Origin: the human T2T-CHM13v2.0 reference genome, Homo sapiens
DNA length: 64,000 nucleotides
Assembly (NCBI RefSeq): GCF_009914755.1
Contig: NC_060937.1
Direction: 5' to 3' (one strand)
The notes under the pieces are model-generated. The model made no database searches. It had not been told where the DNA came from and saw nothing but the letters and a program-made list of their open reading frames with translations. A program made the translations under genes and the position numbers. How positions within the stretch are numbered: the stretch's first letter is position 1; each line of letters starts with the position of its first letter. Below, piece after piece: positions 21,164 to 35,213 of the stretch.

Positions 21164-22904
21164 CTCCTAATTCTTAAATTACTGATCCTAATTCTTAAAT
21201 TAAATTGATCCTCAATTGTTTTTGCCAACTTTTCAAAGTTTGAGATGTATTTTACAACATGCCCATGAAGCGTCGTAAGTATTGATTGCCTTGTTAATGG
21301 AAAATACCATCTTAGTTGCTCAGAGAGTTATGTCTACACTTACAGTGCAGGTGGAGTCCTTGGGCACCATGGTCCCACTCTCTCTATAGTGTTGTTTCTT
21401 AGAATCTCACCTACCTAACTTTTCCTGAGCTGTCTGACACCCAGTTTATGCCCATTTCTCCCTATCCCACTGACTCCCAGTCCCTTGGTAGGTTGTCTCC
21501 TTGGCAGCACTTTATTCATAAGTTCTAAAAATGACATATAAATGTGTTCAATAATTTAAAGGTAAACGTCAACACAATGAAAATAAACCTAAAAAAATAA
21601 AAATAAACATGTTCATTAATTATTTAATATTCATCTCTCTAGCTAAAAAGTGAGCTCCTTTGGTTTGGGGGTTGGCGGGGCAGGGGGTTGGGGGAGTTGG
21701 CGTCCGTGTCTAAGATTCGGGTCATCCATCTCAGGCCTAGGACCTAGGAGCACATGATGGGACGCGGTCAACAAAACATTCAGAATGAGCAAATCAATAT
21801 GGAACGTGTTGTCTGGCTTTTCTTGGCAGCATGGGTTCTTTGAAGAGTTTTAAAGAGAATTCACAATTACTGAATATTACATAATTTGAAGATGAGTAAA
21901 CTGCTTTCATCACTGCTCTGGCAATAAAATCTGGAAATCTGGAGAACTCTAGCTTCTAAAAACTATCTTATGATCCAATTCAGAATGTGTAGTTCTGCAC
22001 ACATCGTACATTTCTTTTTCCTAAGCCAAATGATCATCAATTCATCTAAAACCATTGTCAGGAGGCCCTATGCTATGCAAGACTAATTGTGAGTGTGACT
22101 GTATGCAAAAACAAACAAACAAACAAGGGAAAAAAAGCTTGTTAAAAAGGGAATTCTTTACTCAAGAGGCAGGAAAAAAATACCTCCTGACTAGGGAAAG
22201 CACATATTGATAGTTCCAGCAGCAACAAACCTGGAGATCTCTGTCATTTCTGTTCAAGTGCATGAAAAGCAAGGCAGCAAAAGCTGTTGGTGCTGTGAGC
22301 ATAGAAGGCTAAGGACATACTTCCCAGCAACTTGCTCGGACTGGACGGTGACTGGAGCTGATTCCTGAGATGGGAGTGTGAGCTTGGCAGGCTTTGACAT
22401 GGAGCCAGGCCAAAGTGGGAGGCCAAATTTACAGTGTCAAATAAACCATGACTTAGGCGAGATTTTGTTCAAAAGTATCATTGGAAGGGGTTGGATGGTG
22501 GTGGGGTGTGGGGAGACTGTTGTAATAAATAGAACACTCTACACATGAGATCTGCAGGCATCTCAAGAGTTAGGCAAAAAGTGGTTTTGTTTTATAGGAG
22601 GAATAAACAAGGAAGTGATGTGAGGAAGTGGATGAAGGGGTCCCAAAAGTGGGTAGTGGATCAGGGAACATTCTTCTGGAGGCCAGCCTGTTCTTAGGAG
22701 TGAGTGAAGACCAGCTCAGGCTGATGGTGGGCCAAGGTTCTGGGACCTGGGGAAAGGACAGAAACTTAACCAAAGTTCAATAAATAAGAATTTTGTTTCC
22801 ATTAATTTCAGGGGAAAAATAGTTCAGCTAATCTATGAGGCAAAGAATAGGAATTTGGAAGGCCCAGTCTGGCCTGTCATAAGTAAACAGGGGCAGGGGT
22901 GGGG

Positions 22905-23330
22905 TGATATGGTTAAGCTTTGTGTCCCCACCCAAATCTCACCTTGAATTGTAATCCCCATAATCCCCACTTGTCAAGGGAGAGACCAGGTGGAGGAAAT
23001 TGAATCATGGATGTGGTTTCTCCCATGCTGGTCTCGTGATAATGAGTGAATTATCATGAGATCTGATGGTTTTATAAGGGGCTCTTCTCCCTTCGTTCAA
23101 CACTTCTCCTTCCTGCCGCCTTGTGAAGAAGACGCCTTGCTTCCCCTTGGCCGTACACCATGATTGTAAGTTCCCTGAGGCCTCCCCAGTCATGCTGAAC
23201 TGTGAGTCAATTAAATCTCTTTCCTTTATATTAGGGTGGTGCAAAAGTAATTGCAGTTTTTGCCATTGAAAGTAATAAATTACCCAGCCTTCAGCAGCTC
23301 TTTATAGCAGTATGAAAACAGACTAATACA
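22905..23330 (+). mobile_element. THE1D-like solo LTR
   Basis: tgatatggttaagctttgtgtccccacccaaatctc...gactaataca; G-run TSD. Confidence 0.9.
23231..23275. mobile_element. Truncated MADE1 (Hsmar1 mariner MITE), single TIR
   Basis: ttagggtggtgcaaaagtaattgcagtttttgccattgaaagtaa flanked by TA...TA inside the THE1 sequence ccttta^taaattacccag. Confidence 0.9.
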
Positions 23331-23539
23331 GGGGGCTTCCATGAGTCTAATTTAAGTCATACAAGGAAGAGGGATCTTGAAGTTAAGTCATTTCCTCTAG
23401 CACGAAGGATGGGAGATTTCTTAGCATCCTCTGTTTTCTAAGAACACAGGTAAAATTCAACACTGTCAGCAGTAAGGGCTTCTAAGGACAACTTAAGAGT
23501 CTTCTTTTTTCCTTTCCCAACTCTCATCCTTTCTTTAGG

Positions 23540-25340
23540 TAGAGAAGATTTCCTGACCTGTATCTTTTTCCCTCCCTCTGAAGAACTTCTTTCAACATTT
23601 CTTGCAAGGCAGATTTACTGGTGACAAATGCCCTCAGTTTTGTTGATTTGAGTCTTTATTTCTCCATCACCTTTGAAGGATAATTTTGCAGGATACAAAA
23701 TTTTACATGAGTTTTTTATTCCTTCAAATCTTTGAATCTTTACTCCACTCTCTTGCTGGCCTGGTTATGGACTAGAAGTCTGATGGAATGCCCATCTTTG
23801 TTCCTTTCTGGGTGGGTGTCCCCCACCATGCCACCCCTACCCCAGGATTTTTTCAAGATTTTTCCCTAGGTCTTTGTTTTTCTGTAGTCTGAGTATGATA
23901 CGCTCAGGTGTTGATTTGGGGGTATTAATTGTGCTTGTTGTTCTCTGAGCTTCTTTAATCTATGGTTTGATTTTTGTTAATAATTTTAGAAAATTCTCAG
24001 TCATTATAATCTTTAAATATTTCTTCTGCTCCTTCACTTTCTTTGTTCTCCTTTTGGTATTCATTAGTGTGTGTTATGCCTTTTATGTCTCACCATTCTA
24101 GCATATTCTATTTCTTTTAAAATATTTTTTTTCTTCTCCTTGCATTTCAGTTTGGGAAGTTTCTGTTGATGTCTCTTCAAGCTCACTGATTCTTTCTGTG
24201 GCTGTGTCCAGTCTACTCATGAGCCCATCAGGGTGCATGCTTCATTTTTGTTATGGAAGTGGTTTTGGTTTCTAAGGTTTCTTTGCTTCTTTCTTATAAT
24301 CTTCATCTCTCTGCTTACATTACCCATCTGTTCTTGCATGTTGTCCAATTTTTTCATTAACATTTTAACCACAGTTACTTAGAATTCCTGATATAATGAT
24401 TTTGAAGTCTCTGCCATATCTGAGTCTGACTGTGATGCTTGCTTTATCTTTTCAGATGGTTTTTTTCCATGCCTTCTGTCATGTCTTGTAATTTCTTGTG
24501 AAAAGCCAGACATGATGTACTGGGTTATGAGAACTCAAGCAGACAGGCCTTTGGTGAGAAGTTTGATGTTTTTCTGGCTAGAAGTTAGTCTGTGCTTACT
24601 GTCCCCTGTAGCTGTATGTGTCAGAAGCTTATTTGTCCTCGGTCCTGGTTTTTGGCTCTCGTATTATCTGTGGGTTTCTCAGGAACTTTTTCTTAGGAGT
24701 CTGGTCCTCGAAGTTTTATTGTGCTGCAACCACCTGCTATTATATGGGAACCCTGTTGATGTGGGATAAAGTGTGGGATGGGGAACCAGTTCATGATCCT
24801 ATGACCAGGTCTCAGTGTTTCAGTGAACCTGTGACCCTGGGCTGTGACCTTCACCAGTGTTTCTCAGATGGTTTTTCTCTTCTCATGCCAGAGAAAGCAG
24901 GCTAGAGGGGGCTGCAATTGGGTCATTTCCTTTCCCCAAAATTGGATAAAGCTCTGGCTTGGTGGTGTTTGTTGTGGAGAATGACCTGGGCATATTTCAG
25001 AATGGTTACTCTTCCCTTCTCCCTGGCCATGCATAGGGTATATTCACCATGAGAACCTGGTGGGGTTCCTGGAGGAAAAAAAAAATGTGTCACACAACCC
25101 TGCTCTAGGGTCCCCAGGAGTTTTTAACTCTCACGTTAGTCCACCCTCAGCCCCTGGTGATTTGTCAGCTGCACCCTTCAAGTGTTCTCACCAGCTCCAG
25201 TGGCCTGTGCCTCCGGCGAGCTAATCTGCACTCTCCCTCTTCACCCATCTCTTCAGTTTTCAGGGTGCTGATTTATCCTCCACCTCAGTTCTGTGATGGA
25301 TCTAAGAAAAGTTTTTGATTTTCAGCTTGTTTTTGTTGTT
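23540..25340 (-). mobile_element. Old L1M fragment (5'/ORF1 region)
   Basis: T-rich; ttcaacatttcttgcaaggcagat...ctttgaaggataattttgcaggatac...ttcaagctcactgattcttt is typical antisense L1M. Confidence 0.75.
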
Positions 25341-26166
25341 GTTCGGAGAGGGGGAGAGATGACTTCCAAGCATTTTTATTTGGTTGGTTGTTGTTTTTAG
25401 ATTTTAATGTGCATATATATTTAAATTCTCATTAGAATTATACACTAATGATCTCTAAACTCCCATTTTTTTTTTTTTCAGTTAACAAGACCTTTCAAAA
25501 AAATTTATCTGAGCTACCTCCTCTCTCTGAATGGCTTTTTCCCACTTGAGCCTAGCAATCTTTCCTTAAGTAAAAAAAGAAAGCTGAGATATTCAAAAGA
25601 GTCCCCAAAGTTAGTGTCTCACCCAGCCTGTTGTTTGTTAGCCAGTTTCCTTCTGGAGGAGGAAGTTAGTTTAAACATGGCCTACTTTCCTCCCTTCTCC
25701 CTTTCATTGCAGTCCATAGTTATTAAATTAAATGTGAACTCAGCTGTTTTACTGAAGTGCTTTTGTGGTGTTTATGAATAGAAGGGATTAGCATTTATTG
25801 GTAAATCGTTATGCCCCAAGAACTGTGTTAGGTAGTCCTCAAGCTTTAACGTGCACAGAATCATGGAGAGATCTGGTAACGTGCAAGCTGTGGCTCAGCT
25901 GGCTGGGGTGCAACCTGGGTGTCGTTGTTTTGCGGGAGGATGGGCTCACAGGGCCTGCCCAGGGTCACTGGTCTCAGTCAGCCTCCACTCACAGGTAAGA
26001 ACTCTGAGACTGGTGAGGGAAATCACTTTGGCATAGCTTCACAGCCAGTCGGTATTTACACCCAGGGCTTCAGGCCACGCGCAAAGCAGCAGCAGGCGTG
26101 CCCCGGATTAATTATCATCTCCTCCTGCCACAACAGCCGTTTATTTAGATTTTTTTGTTTAGGACA

Positions 26167-26615
26167 CTGCTGTGGGTTGAACTGTGTCTCCCTAAAAGGT
26201 AGGTTGATGTCTTAACCCCTGGTACTTGTGAACATGACCTTATTTGGAAATAGGGTCTTTTCAGATATAATCGAGTGAAGATGAGGCCATACTTGAGTAG
26301 GGGGGCCCTTAATCCAACATGACAGGTATCCTGTAAGAAGAGAAAAGGAGACATGGACACACATACAGAGGAGAATGCCGCATAGCAGAGATGGGAGCGG
26401 TGTGGCTCCAAGTCATGTCAAGCATTGCCAGCCACTACCAGAGGCCAGAACGGCCAAGAAGGCGCCTCCCCTGGAACCTGCAGAGAGACCGTGACCCTCT
26501 CGGCACCTTGATTGAGGATTTCTAGCCTCCATAACTGCGAGATAATACATCTCTGTTGTTTTAAGCTTCCAAGTTTGACGTGATTTGTGATAGCAGCCCT
26601 AGGAAATGGATAAAA
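26167..26615 (+). mobile_element. MLT1C-like LTR
   Basis: tgctgtgggttgaactgtgtctccctaaaag...gaccttatttggaaatagggtc...tagcagccctaggaaa. Confidence 0.85.
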
Positions 26616-27264
26616 ATACTGAGTATACTGCCTTGGTTTTCCGTGTTGCTGACTGTGTCTGTCTGCCCTCTAGACTGTCATCAGGCAAACTCAGTGACTG
26701 CTAAAAGCGCATCTGACCCACACAAGCCCTCAGCCCACCTTGCTGTTTACTTGGCTTTCAGCAGTAGGAGAAAAAATGATGTTTATATTATAAAAGTAAA
26801 TCAGCTGTATTGTACTTTACAGCAGAGAAACCCTTTGTTACTCATATTTTCAAATACTTTTTAAGAGATGTTTAAAGCATGGAAAGTATTTTTAGCATTT
26901 AAAGTATTTGCATTTTTAATAAAAAAATTTCTCCACAGAAAAATTGTTGTATATGTGTGATTAATTAATTGCCTGATATTTGCTTGGGAGCTATACTGCC
27001 AAGCAAACGTTTATCATCTTCTGAAAAATCTCGTGACATTTAAAAAAGAAAAACCTCTTGGGGTTGCCTTCTATTTGTTCCTCAAAGAATCTGTGCTGCA
27101 GAAAGTGAAAATGCAGAGCCTGGTTTTATTTCATTTCTCTTTTCAAACCAAATACAGTATTTTGGCTTTAGTTGGCCTTGAGTGAAAGTAAAATAGACTA
27201 GGAATGAATTTTTCTATTTTGCTTCCCATCCAAAAGTCTGTAGTAGAACAAAAATACTGCTCCT

Positions 27265-27775
27265 CTTTCAACTGCTGGTTAACAAATCACCCTAAAACAC
27301 AGTGGCAAAAAAGTCGTCCATTTTATTATGCTCAAAAATTCTGTGGGTAAGCAATTCAGAGAAGGACACAGTGAGAATGGCTTGTCTGTGTTCCACAATG
27401 TCTGGGGGCTGAGCTGAGAAGAGTCAAAGGCAGAATGGGGAGCATGACCCAATTTGGTAGTTGATGCTGGCTGTTGCCTGGAACTTTACCTGAGGCTATC
27501 AGCTGTTTCACCTTCATGTGGCCTCTTCATATGGCCTGGGCTTCCTCACAACATGGTGGTCTTTTGGCAGCTCATTGATCCAAACGCAGGTGACCCAAGA
27601 GAATTAGACAGAAGCAATAGAGGCTTTTCTCATAGCTTCAAAAGCTGTGCTATATTCTACTAGTTACCAGTGAAGTCCCTCCAACTGGCCCAGATTTAAT
27701 GGGAGGAGAACTAGGCTCAACTTCTGGATGGAAAGAATTACAAGAATGTGCAGGTGTGTTTTAAAATCATCATAA
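27265..27775 (-). mobile_element. Old MLT1 (G/H-like) LTR
   Basis: aacaaatcaccctaaaacacagtggc...cctgggcttcctcacaacatggtgg. Confidence 0.65.
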
Positions 27776-28332
27776 TGCTTTTAATAGATACATGTTTCAC
27801 ATAACATACAATGAAAATGGCATCAACTTCTAGTTGAAAGATACTGATTGATTTCTGTTTAATTTTAAGTAAGATGTTGCACCTCTCTAGTCCTTACTTT
27901 CCTTAACTACAAAATGAAAGGTCGCACTGAGTGGACTCCACAGGTCCTCAGCAGAGCTATGATTTGGTTTCTTCCTGTAATTGTACCAGTCGAATTGTTA
28001 GAGATTCAAGACTGAATTTTATAGCCAACATTTATCTAAGAGGACACTACTGTGCTGCGTTTAGCTATCTACAGCAGAATGAGGTAGAAACACATCTAAT
28101 CTCAATGTTTCAGTTCCAGTTCTTCCTATTATTATTCATAGCAGGTATAGCTACCATGTATTGCCTAGTGCTGAAAGCCATTTCTTTGCCTCATTTGCTC
28201 TCCATACCCACAACAATGCTAGCCTTGGTATTTCTTGTAGACATCTTTTGAAGGGTCTGTGTGGGCCCACCCCATTCACTGTAAAGGTGTCCTTCTTTGC
28301 CTCCTTTAGGAATTGTCCAGGATCCCAGACAA

Positions 28333-28631
<299 letters not shown>

Positions 28632-29200
28632 CCAAGACTATTAATCACCAGAAGCAAAGCTGCTGTGTTCATGAAAATAGAAGGCAGTCAGGAGGTGGGA
28701 GGAGGTGGAGGATGGAGGTGGTGTTTCTGGCTTGGCTAAAGTGAAGTCCCATGGGAAGGAAATTGCCAGAAAACTCCAGTCAGGCATGTTGGCACCCATG
28801 AATGACTCAGAATGCAGAAGCTCCTGCCACCAGATGAAAGGCACCTCTTAGGTGGCCAATAACAATACTAATTTGCCATGTGGCAGATACAAAGCTCAGC
28901 ATTTTCCATGGATCCTTACAAGAAATGAGAGATAACTAACATATCAGTTTTCCTCCATTTGACAGAAGAAGAAAATGAATCTGGTTGGACTTAAATCACT
29001 TGTCCAGGAAGGTCACAGGCAGCTGTTAAATAGCACTGTACTTGAATCCAGGTGCTCTAACTCTGAGCCCACACCTGTCTTCTGTCTTCTCTCCGTAAAC
29101 ATGCTGAGTTTTGTCAGATTTCCGTATCATCCACCATTGAAACTTTAGCACCATCTTCATTCATCACGCTTTCCCCCTCCACTAGGTACTCATTCCTATC

Positions 29201-29868
29201 CAGGACTGGCTGCATAATTTGCAAAACCCGTTGCAAATGAAAACATGGGGACTTTTTCTTCAAAAAGCAGGAAAAAGAGTGTTGTTAAAGATACTAAAAT
29301 ATAAAGCTTTTTCATTTCTTCAGTGGTTTCTTTCTCAAGCTGTAATGATAATTTTTGTCTTTGTTTTTCTTGTAATTTAATGTCTGGTTTCCTCCTGAAA
29401 AAGGAAAGGGTCCACAGGCAAATGCAGACCCTCAAAAGCATCCTGCTGCCACCCTTGCACCCCCTGCCCACCAACTTGGGATTCATGTCCTAGCTGAGAG
29501 TGAGGGAACTGAGGCAGGCAGGCACACCTCCTTTCCAAAGGCAATGCCTAATCCATGGCCAATGCGTGACCTCCACATTGGGTCAAGCTAACAACTGGGT
29601 GGGGGCTCATTCTGTTATCAGCCTTAGATGTGATACTGCCGGCTTGGGAAGGGGAGGTGGTGAAGGTGGTTTGCATGTGAGCCAAGGCTGCAAGGTCCTC
29701 CACTCCACAGCGTGCTTCATTTCTTATCAAACTTCACATAGAAAACACACTCAAAGATAAGATTAAGAATCTCAAGAGGGGAGTAGCGGAGCATTAAGCT
29801 AGGTGCCAGCCTTTGTGAGCTCAGGGTGCTGTGTGACTACAGGTCACCTGGCCCTGGATCTGGCCCTG
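29201..29868. mobile_element. MER45-like hAT element
   Basis: Termini caggactggctgcataatttgc... and ...ggatctggccctg; degenerate 8-bp TSD ttcctatc/gtcctatt. Confidence 0.7.
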
Positions 29869-30494
29869 GTCCTATTCATCCTCTCTCCAAAATGATTTTC
29901 CCTTTTATCTTTCTCTGTCTGCTCTTAGTCTCCATCCAAGCCCAGGACTTTGTTCCTCATTTCCGAAGCTGTCAATGGTGTGTAAGTGGCTATCACTTGA
30001 ATCCAAGCTTCTCAACCTAACTTTCAGTGGCATCTATACTTTGGATCCCTGTACCTGTCCAGAGTGCCCCATCCTGTCTAGATTGTCTTCCCCAGTGCTC
30101 ATGAGTACACACCCTCTGCCCTTCATCCTGGTGCATGGTCTTGTTCTCCATGCATACCCAGCACCAGGCTCTCACTTAACTTACTTCCCCTTGTGCCAGC
30201 CCCTGACTCCTTAGATGCAATGCCTCCCAGCTAAGTTCCACACTGTTCCCCAGCTTCCCCTGCAGGATTAGGGTGCGGCTGCCCATAGCAGCAGTGGCTT
30301 GATGATTTACTGTTACTGGCTGCTTCGTTTTCCCTCTCTCACTGCTCTGCTCCTCTACCAGGTTTCTCCAGATCATGAACAGTTGAATCTGTGTCTTTGG
30401 GCTCTATTTTGCTGTGGGCAAAGTAAGGATTCAGTGGTTTCAAACCAGATCCAATAGCATCTGGTTTGAGATGAATTTGTCCCAAAACAAATGT

Positions 30495-30910
30495 TGCTAT
30501 GGTTTGAACATTTGTCCCCTCCTAAACTCATGTTGAAAGTTAGTCCCCAAAGTGACAGTGTTAAGAGGTGGGGCCTTAAATAGGTCCTACCCTCACGACT
30601 AGACTAATCCATTCATAAATTAAGGACTAATGGGTTACTGGATTAATGAGTTCTATGGGTGTGCAACTAGTGGCTTTATAAGAAGAGAAAGAGAGACTTA
30701 AGCCAGCATGCTCCGTCCTTTCACCATGTTGTATCCTGCACTGCCTCGGGACTCTGCAGAGAGTCCCCACCAGCAAGAAGGCCCTCACCAGGATGGCCTT
30801 TTGACCTTGGACTTCCCAACCTCCATAACTGTAAGAAATAAATTCCTTTTCTTTATAAATTACCCACTTTCAGATATTCTGTTATAAGCAACAGAACAGG
30901 GACTGAGGCA
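30495..30910 (+). mobile_element. MST-family solo LTR
   Basis: tgctatggtttgaacatttgtcccctcc...ctgttataagcaacagaacagggactgaggca. Confidence 0.85.
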
Positions 30911-31289
30911 GATATACCTTACACTGCAGAAGAGGGATGCATTGGACAGTCGTAATATAGATGCACCTTGCAGCTAGTCTATGGGCTACTAAGCCCTGAT
31001 CATTGCTGCCAGATAAATAAGGCACATCAGTTGCATTTTTGCTTTGCATTGTGAATATGCATCAACAGCATGACTGATGTCCAAATCTGGAAGGAAATAT
31101 TTAATAACATATATATTATGTGGAACTGATAATACACAAGGATTATTAGGACAAGGCTTGCTGCACTGTAATTGGCTGCCTAACCACCAGCCTCCCTCCA
31201 CACTTCACTGCCACAAATAACCTACATTATTCAGGTGTCATGAGGCCATGTTGTTTTGGTCCTTCCTTAGCCCCTGTGGGGGTAAATAT

Positions 31290-31740
31290 TAATGTATTGA
31301 AGACAATCACTGCTGCTCTGTTCCCTTTGGCTGTGAGTGGTTTAGGAGTGAGCATGTAACACAATCTGGCAAACAAGATATGAGGAAAATTCTGCTGGGA
31401 GACTTCTGAGACAGTTTATCTCATTCTATAAAAGGGATACTTGAAGGAATGTTCTGATTTTTCTAAACCTATGGGATTAAGATGCTTGAAAGTGCTGCAG
31501 TTCTCTTGCAACTTCCATAGGATGAGCATGAGGGTGGAAGCTAGCATGATGCAGATGGCAGAGAAGAAAGGCAGAGAAAGCCTGTGACCTTGATTATATT
31601 GTTGAGCCACTGGCTTAACCACTGAATTGCCAGCTGTGGCCTTGTCCTCCCTTCTGATTTCTTGTTACATAGGATAACAAATTCCTGTATTGTATGAAGC
31701 ATTTTGATTTGGGTCTCTGGTTACTTGTAGCCAAAATCTG
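31290..31740 (+). mobile_element. Old MLT1 (J/K/L-like) LTR
   Basis: gagcatgtaacacaatctggcaaacaagatatgaggaaaattctgctgggagacttctgag...gttacttgtagccaaa. Confidence 0.6.
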
Positions 31741-31869
31741 GAGTCAGACTGGTCAACAATCAATGTGAAACACAAAAACAAACAAACAAACAGCCAAGGT
31801 GTTGAAAGGAGGCTGACTTTCCTAGATAAGATAATTAAATGCAATGCGTGTCCCTGTTGAATCAATCAA

Positions 31870-31945
31870 AGTTTGAACAAACCACTTGTAAAGGACACCT
31901 TGAGGACAGTTTGAACAAACCACCTGTAAAGGACATCTTGAGGAC
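31870..31945. repeat. 38-bp tandem duplication within an old L1 3' fragment
   Basis: AGTTTGAACAAACCAC(T/C)TGTAAAGGACA(C/T)CTTGAGGAC x2, two mismatches. Confidence 0.95.
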
Positions 31946-32889
31946 AATAAAGGAAACTTGGGTATTGAATGATGTTGATGAATTTTTGTTAATTTTATAT
32001 GTGACCATGATAATTATGATTATGTAAGAAAATGCCCTAAGACTTTAATAGTATATTTTAAAATGTTTAGGAATAAAATTTCATGATATGTGTATTACAG
32101 ACAGTGACAAAAATATGAGCAGCAAATACAGCAAAATGTTAACAATTACATCTAAGCAAAGGTTATATGGGTCATTACACTACTCTCTTCACTTAGGGTA
32201 TCTTCAAGACTTCACACAATTAAAACATGAAAGAAAAACAAAACATTTCTAGATTGTACATCTGATAAAAAATTAATATGGTTTCATGTGGCCCAGCCGT
32301 ATGGAAAAAGGCAGGGTTCTTTTTGAGAAAAATTAATACAGAGAAACACACGCAAATAGCTTTAAACACTCTGGCCGTAGGAACAGTGCTACCTGTTGTA
32401 GAAATCCAGTTTATTTACTACCCATTTGCTAAAAGCAGTACTCCTGTTTGAGGGAGAAACTATGACCTCAAGGAGACATACCGTTGGCATAAGCTATAAT
32501 GCAGGTAAGAAAGGGCAGGCTCACCCCCTTTCCTTTTGGAATGGCCACTGTAAAGATGTGCCCACAGTTTCACAGAGGTGGACCTCATAGTCTTCTGTAA
32601 AGTGAATATCCACCAGTGTCCCCAGAGCAACAGCCATCCACAGTGAGCAAAAGATGCTCCTGAAGACTATGGATCATGGGGGCAGAACCTTGGTTACCAA
32701 TGATCCAAGATGGCAGCAGGTAACAAGTCTCCTTGGGTATCAGGTAGGTGTGGACAGGAGTTGGGAGGACTTCAAAGTCTCTCTTAAAACCAGTGACACT
32801 TTTACAGACTGCAAAGCTTCACTTGAAACCAATGACTTGAAACATTATCAGCAAAGTGATGGAGATGTTAGGAGTTTGAATAAAAATGG

Positions 32890-35213
32890 TCATATGGTTT
32901 GGTTGTATCCCTACCTAAATCTCATCTTGCATTGTAGTTCTGATAATCCCCATAATCCCACATGTCAAGGAAAAACCAGCTGGAGGTAACCGAATCATGG
33001 AGGCCATTTCCCCCATTCTGTTCTAGTGATAGTGAGTGAGTTCTCATGAGAGCTGATGGTTTTATACGTGTTTGACAGTTCCTCCTTCACACACTTAATC
33101 ACCCTCTCCTGCTGCCTTGTGAAGAGGGTACTGCTTCCCCTTTTGCCATGATTGTAAGTTTCCTGGAGCTTCCCCAGCCATATGGAACTGAGCCAATTAA
33201 ACCTCTTTTGTTTATAAATTACCCAGTCTTGGGTGGTATCTTTGTAGCAGTGTGAGAACAGACTAATACAGTAAATTGGTACTGCAGAGAGTGAGGTACT
33301 GCTATAAAAATACTTGAAAATGTGGAAGTGACTTCAGAACTGGGTAATGGGCAGAGATTGGAACAGTTTGGAGGGTTCAGAAGAAGACAGGAAGATGTGG
33401 GAAAGTTTGGAGCTTCCTAGAGATTTGTTGAATGGTTTCTGCCAAAATGCTGATAGTGATGTGAACAATGAAGTCCAGGCTGAGATGGTCTCAGATGGAG
33501 ATGATGAACTTATTGGTAACTGGAGTAAAGGTGACTCATGCTATGGTTTAGCAAAGAGACTGACTGAATTTTTGCCCCTGCTCTAGAGATCTGTGGAACT
33601 TTGAACTTGAGAGACATGATTTAGGGTATCTGATGGAAAAAATTTCTAAGCAGCAAAACATTGAAGATGTGACCAGTACCACTCTGAAAGTGTTCAGTTT
33701 TATGTGTTCACAAAGAGATGGTTTGGAATTAAAGCTTATGTTTAAAAGGGAAGTAGAGCATAAAAGTTTGGAAAATTTGCTGCCTGATGATGTGATAGAA
33801 AAGAAAGAACCATTTTCTGGGGAGAAATTGAAGCTGTCTGCAGAAGCTTGCATAAGTAGTGAGGAGCCGAATACTAATCCCCAAGACAATGGGGAAAACA
33901 TCTCTAGGGCATGTCAGAGATCTTGGTGGCAGCCCCTTCTGTCACAGGCCCAGAGGCCTAGGAAGAAAAATGGTTTCATGGGTTAGGCCCAGGGCCTCCC
34001 TAATCCCCCAGCCACTTCAGCTCCAGCTGTTGCTAAAAGAGGCCAAGGTACAGCTTGGACCATTGCTTCAGAGGGTGCAAGCCTCTAGCCTTGGTTGTTT
34101 CCATGTGGTGTTGGGTTTGCAGGTACCTGTAAGTCAAGAATTTGAGGTTTGGAAACCTCTGCCTAGATTTCAGAGGATGTATGGAAATGCCTGGGTATCC
34201 AGGCAGAAGTCTGCTGCAGGGGTGGAGCCCTCATGGAGACTTTCTACTAGAGCAGTATAGAAGGGAAATGTGGGGTTGGAGCCCCCACACAGACTCCCCA
34301 CTGGGGCACTGCCTAGTGGATCTGTGAGAAGAGGGCCACTGTCTTCCAGACCCCAGAATGGTCAATTCACTGACAGATCGCACCATGTGCCTGGAAAAGC
34401 TGTGGGCACTCAATGCCAGCCCATGAAGGAGCTGCCCAAGGCTGTGGAGCCTACTCCTTGTATCAGCATGCCCTGGATCTGAGACACGGAGTCAAAGGAG
34501 ATTACTTTGGAAATTTAAGATTTAATGACTCCCCTGCTGGATTTTGGACTAGTGTAGCACCTGTAGCCACCTTGTTTTGGTCAATTTCTTTCATTTGGAA
34601 TGGGAGCATTTATCCAACTCCTGTACCCCCATTGTATGTTGGAAGTAATGAAACTTGCTTTTGATTTTACAGACTCCTAGATGGAAGGGACTTGCCTTGT
34701 CTCAGATGAGACTGTAGACTTGGACTTTTGGGCTAATCCTGGAATAACTTGAGACTCTGGGGGACTGTTGGGAAGGCATGATTGTCTTCTGAAATGTGAG
34801 GACATGATTTGGGAGGGGCCAGGGGCAGAATGATATGGTTTGGCTGTCTCTACCCACCCAAATCTCATCTTGAATTGTAATCCCCATAATCCTGACATGT
34901 TATGTATGGGAGGGATGTGGTGGGAAGTTATTGGATCATGGGGGTGGTTCCCCCCATGCTGTTCTCATGATAGTGAGTGAGTTCTCATGAGATCAGATGG
35001 TTTTATAAGTGTTTGACAGTTCCTCCTTCACATACTCACCCCGCCTCCTGCCACATTGTGAAGAAGGTGCCTGCTTCCCCTCCCGCCATATGTTTGTAAG
35101 TTTCCTGAGGCCTCTCAGCCATGCAGAACTGTGAGTCAATTAAACCTCCTTTGTTTATAAATTACCCAGTCTATGGTAGTATTTTTATAGCAGTGTGAGA
35201 ATGGAATAATACA
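32890..35213 (+). mobile_element. Full-length THE1/MST-type MaLR (LTR 32890-33270, internal 33271-34830, LTR 34831-35213)
   Basis: Two LTRs; internal region starts gtaaattggtac; polypurine tract gggaggggccaggggcagaa; TSD AATGG on both sides; fragmented MaLR ORF remnants (33347-33986). Confidence 0.95.

Larger units (their letters stand above)
22520..23468 (-). mobile_element. MER67-like ERV1 LTR interrupted by THE1D
   Basis: Reverse complement begins tgacagtgttgaattttacctgtg; the two halves flank the 22905-23330 insertion. Confidence 0.6.

Noticed and set aside
33347-34664. Cluster of 60-130 aa ORFs
   Set aside because: Fragmented internal ORF of the MaLR element, broken by stops and frameshifts.
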